39,470 nt of DNA from Chiloscyllium plagiosum (lineage: Eukaryota), in assembly GCF_004010195.1 (NCBI RefSeq), contig NC_057718.1, positions 29,212,355 to 29,251,824 of the forward strand, written 5' to 3'. Shown in pieces: positions 36,636 through 39,470 of the stretch (the stretch's first letter is position 1; every line of letters begins with the position of its first letter). The translations under genes were made by a program, and so were the position numbers. Below the pieces are notes generated by a model. That model did no database searches. It was not told where the DNA came from and saw nothing but the letters and a program-made list of their open reading frames with translations.

Positions 36636-38401
36636 AAGAGATTCAAAATGGCGGCGGCCTAACAAGTTGAGTCTGTAGTGCTTTGCCTAAGACTCGGGCA
36701 AAGTGGGGCATCCGCCTTCACCACACCTTTTAAATCATTTAAAGTAGCTTTTGACCAGCATACTTAGTCATTTTACATCAAACTTGAACAGTTTGGTGTT
36801 GTTCTTAGAATGACTAAGGGCAAAAATTCCCAAAGCTCGCAACAGGCAGGGACCCCTCCCCCACCCTCTCCAGCAGCGGCAGAGACATCTGTGGCCGCCT
36901 CGGGGTACTTACCTGCAGAGGCGAGCCTGGTCTCTGTGATCAACAAGTTGCAAGAGAGGATCGACGCTTTCATCGAAGAATCAAGGAGCAGGTAGGAGTC
37001 GTTCTTGGTCATGCTGCAGAAGCAGGACCGAGAAATTGAAAAACTCGAACAACGCATCAGAGGAGCGGAGCAAATGGCCGCAACCTCGGAAGCTGCTGCC
37101 GAATCGGCCATGGGCCAGGTTCGGGCTCTCAAGCAGCGAGTCCGGACCTTGGAAGAGCACAGATGACCTTGATAATCGGGGTCGTCGATAAAATATTCGG
37201 TTGCTGGGCCTTCCTGAACAGGAAGAGGAAGGCCAGCTTGCAGTTTTTTTGGAGCAATGGCTCCCTCAAATATTAAAGTTGGAGTTGGGATCAGGCCAGG
37301 TGCGGGTGGAGTGGGCCCACTGGGTTGCTATACGCAGGACCGGGCCAGACCAGCACCCCCGCCCGGTTCTGTTCCGGCTCCAATGCTATAAAGAGAAGCA
37401 GATGCTTCTGGAAGCTTCCAGAGTCCTGGGGAAGGATCTCCAGGCCATGATGCACAAGGGTTCCAGGATTATGTTATTCCAAGATTTTTCTCCAGCTGTG
37501 GTCCGCAAGAGAAGGGCATTCGATGAGGCAAAGAGACCTAAATATCCAATATTTAGCAACTCAAGACTGGGCAACCTCAGCAACACTGCGCTTCAGCCAT
37601 GAAGGATCTATATACAACTTTGGATCATGCGAGAAGGCTAAAGAATGTTTGGACTCTCTTAAATAGATTGTAAGATTCAAACCATATGGATAATGATTTT
37701 GCTTTGACCTCCCCCCCCCCCCCCCCCCCCACCACCGGGTTTACCCTTTCTTTCCTTCTCCATCCCTTTTTTGTTCATTACGTTCTCCAGGGGGCAGGGG
37801 GGGGCTTATTTGTTATTCACTATGTGATTTCTTTTTTTACAGGCCATGCAGCTTATTTGATTTGTGTGGGAGGGGGGTTTGTTTTGTCCTACCATTTTTT
37901 TTAGAGAGGAGTTCTCTTCTTCTGTCATCTTACTTTGTTTTCTAATAATTGCTAGGATTGTAACTTTGTAATTTTATATATTTATATTTTACATTATGCT
38001 TGCTAAATGCACCTAGGTGTTGGTGTGAGGGGGTGGTCACTCACTTTCAACTTTGGTTTTATGGAACACTTGTCTACTCCATTTTATAATGCCTGGGTCA
38101 AGGGCAGGGCACTGGTTAGGAGAGGTTGTGGTGGGGTTATTGATAGGTAGTTACGCCCCCTCAGAGCAAGGGGGAAAATCTCCTTTCAAAAGTGTTTTGT
38201 ATTTTTTTTACTTAGGAATAGTTTTTAATTGTATTGGTGTAAATGTCTTAAAGAAATTTTGCTTTTGTGAATTTTCCATGGTCTTTATTCAGAGTGTTTT
38301 GGGTGGGGGTTCTTCCTCCTGGGGGGTCTCGGGCCTGCCTGGATGATCATGGCTAGCTATTCATTTAGGTGGTACACCTGGAATGTCAACGGGAGTAATT
38401 C

Positions 38402-38607
38402 TGGATTCGTGGTGCTGGAAAAGCACAGCAGTTCAGGCAGCATCCGAGGAGCAGTAAAATCGACGTTTCGGGCAAAAGCCTTTCATCAGGAGGCTTTTGC
38501 CTGAAACGTCGATTTTACTGCCTTTCAGATGCTGCCTGAACTGCTGTGCTATTCCAGCACCACAAATCCAGAATCTGGTTTCCAGCATCTGCAGTCATTG
38601 TTTTTAC
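38402..38607. mobile_element. Fold-back PLE-derived insertion interrupting L1 ORF2
   Basis: ~80-bp inverted arms; 15-bp TSD caa(c/g)gggagtaattc at 38387-38401 and 38608-38622; removal restores TWNVKGSNSPIKRKK. Confidence 0.88.
38462..38489 (-). ncRNA. Minimal hammerhead ribozyme motif with intact core
   Basis: Minus strand reads CTGATGA-AAGGC-TTTT-GCCC-GAAAC-GTC. Confidence 0.65.
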
Positions 38608-39260
38608 CAAGGGGAGTAATTCACCAATCAAAAGGAAGAAGATATTATCAAACTTTAAAAAAGAGAGGGTTGATATAGCTCTTTTACAGAAGACACACCT
38701 ACTTGACAAAAAACACTTAAAATTACAACAGGGTGGATTTGACCACACCCTTTTCTCATCTTTTAGCTCAAAAAGTAGGGGAGTAGTCATTCTCATTCGG
38801 AAGAATCTTCCTTTTAAAATCTTAAACCAGATAAAAGATGAATCTGGATGGTATTTACTGATCAAAGCCTTAATAAATGGATTTTGAAAATTTATTGCCC
38901 CCCGGCATACCCCTTCAAATTTGTAACAGAAGCGTTTTCCAAGTTGATGGCTTTTGGGGCCCGCCATATAATTATATGAGGAGATTTTAATTGTATTATG
39001 GACTCAGAAACAGATAGGATACCCAAGAGTACCATAGGTATATCTCTTAGATCCAGACATTTGGCGGATCTGAATAAGGAGCTAGGGCTACTAGATGTGT
39101 GGAGGTGTCTTCACACCCAGGGCAGAGACATTACTTTCTACTCTAACCCACACAAGTGTCATACCAGAACTGATATGTTTTTTGCTCCCTTGACCCTTTT
39201 GAATTGACCCTCCTCGATGCTGCCTGAATTGCTGTGCTCTTTCAGCACCATTGATCCAGA

Positions 39261-39470
39261 CTCGACCTCTTCATTTCCAACTGCCGCCGGGACATTAACC
39301 GCCTCAACCTGTCTACCCCCCTCCCCCATTCCAACCTCTCACCCTCACAACGCGCAGCCCTCCAATCCCTCTGCTCTAATCCCAACCTCACCATCAAGCC
39401 AGCGGATAAAGGGGGCGCAGTGGTAGTCTGGCGCACTGACCTCTACACCGCTGAAGCCAAACGCCAACTC
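39261..39470 (+). mobile_element. Penelope-like element ORF (RT N-terminal region), runs off the window
   Basis: Open 70 codons LDLFISNCRRD..NLSPSQRAALQSL..NLTIKPADKGGAVVVW with the PLE-diagnostic DKG motif; preceded by a PLE terminal-type fragment at 39206-39260. Confidence 0.9.

Larger units (their letters stand above)
36637..39205 (+). mobile_element. L1-clade LINE 5' portion, inactivated
   Basis: 5' end caaaatggcggcg (YY1-like). ORF1 36810-~37667 (coiled coil, LDNRGRR*NIRLLGLPE, PRPVLFR, LFQDFS). ~680-bp T-rich spacer. ORF2 from 38349 (TWNV.G, DIALLQ.THL, SRGVVILI, GDFNC, DVWR). Confidence 0.92.

Overview
Vertebrate genomic DNA, most likely a shark (inferred from HE1/V-SINE, Deu-domain SINE, CR1 and Penelope repeat families). 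The window lies inside a minus-strand TTC7-family gene, most likely TTC7A. Four internal coding exons (79, 161, 64 and 138 bp) have GT-AG ends and join in one open frame; from recalled human gene structure they correspond to exons 6-9. Most of the rest is intronic transposon-derived sequence: several CR1 LINEs (one near full length), an L1 and an internally deleted L1, a LINE with a tRNA-like head plus its bipartite SINE, a degenerate Gypsy element with integrase before RT (Gmr1-like), two probable solo LTRs, and many Penelope-like (PLE) pieces. The most distinctive pattern is a set of short, TSD-flanked, mostly fold-back PLE-derived insertions from several families, most carrying hammerhead-ribozyme core motifs. 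All homology calls come from manual translation and motif recall, not database searches. There are two N gaps (~5274-5763, 6828-7012).
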